NCBI GenBank assembly: GCA_023229405.1 | Contig: JALNZH010000002.1 | Span: forward strand, 1-38,606 | DNA length: 38,606 bases | Source of the DNA: Bacteroidota bacterium | GTDB lineage: Bacteria; Bacteroidota; Ignavibacteria; UBA10030; UBA8401 | Direction of reading: 5' to 3' | Shown here: positions 35,454 through 38,606 of the stretch, piece after piece | How positions within the stretch are numbered: the stretch's first letter is position 1 | Layout: each line of letters opens with the position of its first letter | Made by a program: the position numbers and the translations under genes | Notes under the pieces: model-generated | Database searches by the model: none | Seen by the model: the letters and a program-made list of their open reading frames with translations, nothing else | Told to the model about the DNA's origin: nothing

Positions 35454-35652
35454 ACTTCCTTTTCGATAATTCTTTCTTGCGTATTCATTCCATTAGACAA
35501 CGGAATAACCTTTTTTATTCCCGTTATTGTAATGGATTAGACGCGTCAAACGATAAATAATCACCACAATTGTTTGTTCAATGGAATAAATAGGGCGCTT
35601 TGATTGTCCAATAGGTAGTAATATTAATTTCTAAATAATTATCAAATTATCT

Positions 35653-38118
35653 ATGACAATACAATCTTTGCTAATGCCTCTAACATGCATAGCGCTCATC
35701 ATAATGATCTTGCATGGAGCAGGAGCGCAAATATCATTCGGACAGCAAACTGTAACGACTTCAAACAAAGATACAACGACGATCACCATAACAGGAATTA
35801 TCAAAGATAAAAAAACTGGTGAGACTTTGCCGTATGCAAGCGTCACAATCAAGGGAACTAAAAAAGGTTCGATGGCGAATACAAACGGATTGTTTACGAT
35901 TTTTAACGTTTCAAATGACACCTGTGTTATGGTCGCATCATACATCGGATACAAAAGTAAAGAGATCTTGCTGACATCAAAACAGTTAACGTCGCGACTC
36001 ATCGTGGAGCTAGAAGCAGTGACGGTTGAAATGCGCAGCGTGACCATCGAAGCAGAGACAGAAGATATCATGAGTATGAGCAGTACGCAAGCAAGCACAA
36101 TTACGATGTCGCCGCAACAACTTGCGATGCTGCCGAATGTCGGCGACAAAGATATCATGCGGGCGTTCCAGTTGATGCCTGGAGTCAGTGGAAGTAATGA
36201 GAATTCGTCTGGCCTGTACGTTCGAGGCGGGACACCGGACCAGAATCTGATTGTGTATGACGGCTTCACGGTATACCACGTCGATCATCTTTATGGATTT
36301 TTTAGCGCATTCAATGCCAACGCAGTGAAGGATGTGCAACTGCACAAAAGCGGTTTCGAATCGAAGTTTGGTGAAAGGCTTTCGAGCGTCACTGAGATCA
36401 CCGGCAAGGACGGCAATTCGAAGAGGACGAATATTGCAGGGAACATGACATTACTGAGTGCGGACGGGATCATCGAGGGGCCGATTGGGAAAAAAATTTC
36501 CTACCTATTGGCATTCCGTCGATCGTGGGAAGGAGGGATATACTCGAAGATCTTCGATAAGTATAATACCGAAAATACCAATACTATACAGCGTCCCGCT
36601 ATGGGTGGAGGGTTCGGCAGTTCTGAGAATACTGTTTCCTCGTATTTTTATGACTTGAACGGAAAACTGACCTACCATTCAGGTGACGATGATGTGATTT
36701 CGTTGAGTCTCTATAACGGTGCCGATAACTTGGACAACGGCCAAAAACCGGAGGCATCTTCCTCTCTTCCAGGCGGCCGGGGAAATTTTAATTTCGAGAT
36801 TAATGATCTGACGAACTACGGGAACATCGGAAGTAGTGTAAAGTGGAGCAGGAAATGGAATCCGGAGTTTACCAGTGCGACACTCATCAGTTTTTCCAAT
36901 TACTACAGCGATCGTGACAGAACGAACAAAGGATCGGTCAGCATGCCAGACGGAGAAACGCGCGAGTTCAAACAGGGTACGCTTGAAAACAACGATCTGT
37001 ACGACTTCAGTTTTAAAAACGATTACAATTATGACATTTCACAATCAAGTCAGTTAGGATTCGGATTATTTGCTACGCGGTATGATATTTCATATTCGTT
37101 CGCTCAGAACGATACGATCAAAATTCTGGACAGAAGAAACAACGGAATGATCATCGGTGGATATGGAGAATCCGGAGTGGATCTTTTCGATGAACGGCTA
37201 CACATTAAACCCGGATTGCGTGCGACATGGTTCGATCAAACGAACTCGGTGTATATAGAACCTCGATTATCCGCTCACTATCATTATTCCGAAGAACTTT
37301 CATTCAATTTTGCCACGGGATTGTATCATCAATTTGCAAACCGAATTACTCGTGAAGATATTCTTTCCGGCAGCAGGGATTTCTGGATACTATCCGATAA
37401 AAGTCGAATTCCAGTAAGTTCTGCGATTCATTTCGTCGCTGGAACGTCCTACGAAGAATGGGGATATTTATTCAGCGCCGAAGCATATTATAAAATTCTT
37501 GATAATCTTTCCGAATATTCTCTTCGATATACTCCAAACTTCCGACAGCGGGGGCTTACATACGAAGAGAATTTCTTCCATGGCTCAGGATATGCGCGCG
37601 GAATAGAATTTCTTGTGCAAAAAAAATACGGCAAGATCAGCGGATGGGTAAGTTACACGCTCGGTCAAGCAATGAACAAATTCGACATATATTCAAAGAA
37701 TTATTATCCTGCTAATCACGACGTCACGCATGAATTGAAGATCGTTTCTCTCTATAATTGGAAGCAATGGAATTTTTCTGCAACATGGATCTACGCAACC
37801 GGACGCCCCTACACTGCACCCCTTGGCGCATACACAATGACTCTTCTCGACGGGACGACTCAAGACTACTACACTGTTGGAACAAAGAACGGCATTCGAT
37901 TCCCAGATTATCACCGCCTTGATGTTGCAGTGAATTATAAATTTATTGATGAGGACGATAAAAGGGAGATTGGATCTGTCGGTCTTTCACTGTTTAATGT
38001 GTACAGCAGAAAAAATGTGTGGTATAAAGAGTTTCAGATCGTGGAAGGAGAGATTATTGAGACGAGCATTAATTATATAGGGTTTACTCCAAACATCACC
38101 CTTAGTTTAACATTCTAA
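35653..38118 (+). CDS. TonB-dependent receptor with an N-terminal carboxypeptidase-regulatory-like domain
   Basis: Signal peptide present. ITGIIKDKKTGETLPYASVTIKG. Plug region DIMRAFQLMPGVSG..GLYVRGGTPDQNLIVYDG. Long barrel ending TPNITLSLTF. Confidence 0.88.
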   Translation: MTIQSLLMPLTCIALIIMILHGAGAQISFGQQTVTTSNKDTTTITITGIIKDKKTGETLPYASVTIKGTKKGSMANTNGLFTIFNVSNDTCVMVASYIGYKSKEILLTSKQLTSRLIVELEAVTVEMRSVTIEAETEDIMSMSSTQASTITMSPQQLAMLPNVGDKDIMRAFQLMPGVSGSNENSSGLYVRGGTPDQNLIVYDGFTVYHVDHLYGFFSAFNANAVKDVQLHKSGFESKFGERLSSVTEITGKDGNSKRTNIAGNMTLLSADGIIEGPIGKKISYLLAFRRSWEGGIYSKIFDKYNTENTNTIQRPAMGGGFGSSENTVSSYFYDLNGKLTYHSGDDDVISLSLYNGADNLDNGQKPEASSSLPGGRGNFNFEINDLTNYGNIGSSVKWSRKWNPEFTSATLISFSNYYSDRDRTNKGSVSMPDGETREFKQGTLENNDLYDFSFKNDYNYDISQSSQLGFGLFATRYDISYSFAQNDTIKILDRRNNGMIIGGYGESGVDLFDERLHIKPGLRATWFDQTNSVYIEPRLSAHYHYSEELSFNFATGLYHQFANRITREDILSGSRDFWILSDKSRIPVSSAIHFVAGTSYEEWGYLFSAEAYYKILDNLSEYSLRYTPNFRQRGLTYEENFFHGSGYARGIEFLVQKKYGKISGWVSYTLGQAMNKFDIYSKNYYPANHDVTHELKIVSLYNWKQWNFSATWIYATGRPYTAPLGAYTMTLLDGTTQDYYTVGTKNGIRFPDYHRLDVAVNYKFIDEDDKREIGSVGLSLFNVYSRKNVWYKEFQIVEGEIIETSINYIGFTPNITLSLTF

Positions 38119-38127
38119 AAATCGGTA

Positions 38128-38606
38128 ATGAATATGAAAGCTATTTTTATTTTTATGTTTCCCTTCGTTTTTCTTTACTCTTCCTGTAGTGACAATAGCT
38201 TCACAGAATTAGATACGGCAAACGTTCCCGTTGTTGAAGCGTATTTAAAAGTGGGACAACCACTCAGCGTAAAGATTAGAACGGTCATTCCTTATGGCAC
38301 GAGCAGTACCAATGTGGTAGATATTAATACTTTAACCGTTACGGTAACGGTGGATACCATTACCCGTCAACTGTTATCGGTAGGAGGCGGTAATTATGTT
38401 GATAGCTCACTTGTAATTGCTGAAAATAAGGAATATGAATTACAGGTGAATTACAATGGAAAGATGGTCACGGCAAGCACCGTCGTCCCCACAAAACCTG
38501 AAAATTTTTCTCAATCTGCTTCTGAAATTACAATACCAACATTCGACTTCAACAGCGGGACACGGCCTACGTTTCCCGATCCTGTAAAACTAACCTGGGT
38601 AAATAC
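38128..38606 (+). CDS. Lipoprotein, DUF4249-like, 5' partial (runs off the window)
   Basis: Open frame from ATG 38128/38134 to the window end. Lipobox FVFLYSSCSD. A position immediately after a CarboxypepD_reg-type TonB receptor is typical for DUF4249 lipoproteins. Confidence 0.6.
   Translation, partial: MNMKAIFIFMFPFVFLYSSCSDNSFTELDTANVPVVEAYLKVGQPLSVKIRTVIPYGTSSTNVVDINTLTVTVTVDTITRQLLSVGGGNYVDSSLVIAENKEYELQVNYNGKMVTASTVVPTKPENFSQSASEITIPTFDFNSGTRPTFPDPVKLTWVN

Noticed and set aside
35498-35531. ECF-type promoter (GGGAAT..N14..CGTT on the minus strand) or imperfect palindrome upstream of the sigma gene
   Set aside because: The spacing is shorter than the usual 16-17 nt between the AAC and CGT motifs, and there is only a single instance. 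The evidence is too weak to call.
35631-36269. 212-aa ORF antisense to the 5' end of the TonB-dependent receptor gene
   Set aside because: The sense frame carries clear signal peptide, CarboxypepD_reg and plug motifs. The antisense ORF has none.

Overview
Gene-dense, mostly plus-strand window that looks like it comes from a T9SS-bearing FCB-group bacterium (Ignavibacteria/Bacteroidota-like). The basis is the NPFNP-type C-terminal sorting domains and the many REP-like GC-rich palindromes in AT-rich spacers. I saw no rRNA, intact tRNA, CRISPR array, transposase or integrase. Left third: a vWA lipoprotein, an orphan T9SS-tail pseudogene, a CheY-like receiver next to a SulP-STAS-cNMP transporter, and a T9SS-sorted protein made of ~29-aa W/YD-like repeats flanked by direct repeats. 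Centre (about 8-22 kb, the most unusual part): two paralogous orphan NarL/LuxR-type response regulators bracket a kaiC-kaiB pair, where KaiC has a long C-terminal coiled-coil-like tail and no kaiA is present. Four copies of a conserved bipartite ~80-nt non-coding element (box1-N12-box2) sit in front of a lipoprotein gene, a 51-aa membrane sORF and two of four tandem genes. Those four genes together encode five DUF3494/ice-binding-like beta-helix domains (two lipoproteins, two T9SS-sorted, mosaic paralogues) and are followed by two outer-membrane beta-barrel genes. Right half: a cytoplasmic PAS-rich phosphorelay cluster built by module duplication, comprising a kinase with a 426-bp tandem duplication, a REC-REC-PAS protein ending in a Cys4 zinc-ribbon-like motif, and a REC-PAS-HK-REC hybrid. 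That cluster overlaps by 4 nt the start of a GT-C-like membrane protein gene. Further right are a DinJ/RelB-YafQ-like TA pair whose toxin lacks its core, an ECF sigma operon with an LTXXQ periplasmic protein, and a TonB-dependent receptor plus a DUF4249-like lipoprotein cut by the window end. All family calls come from motif recognition by eye; no database search or structure or statistics program was run.
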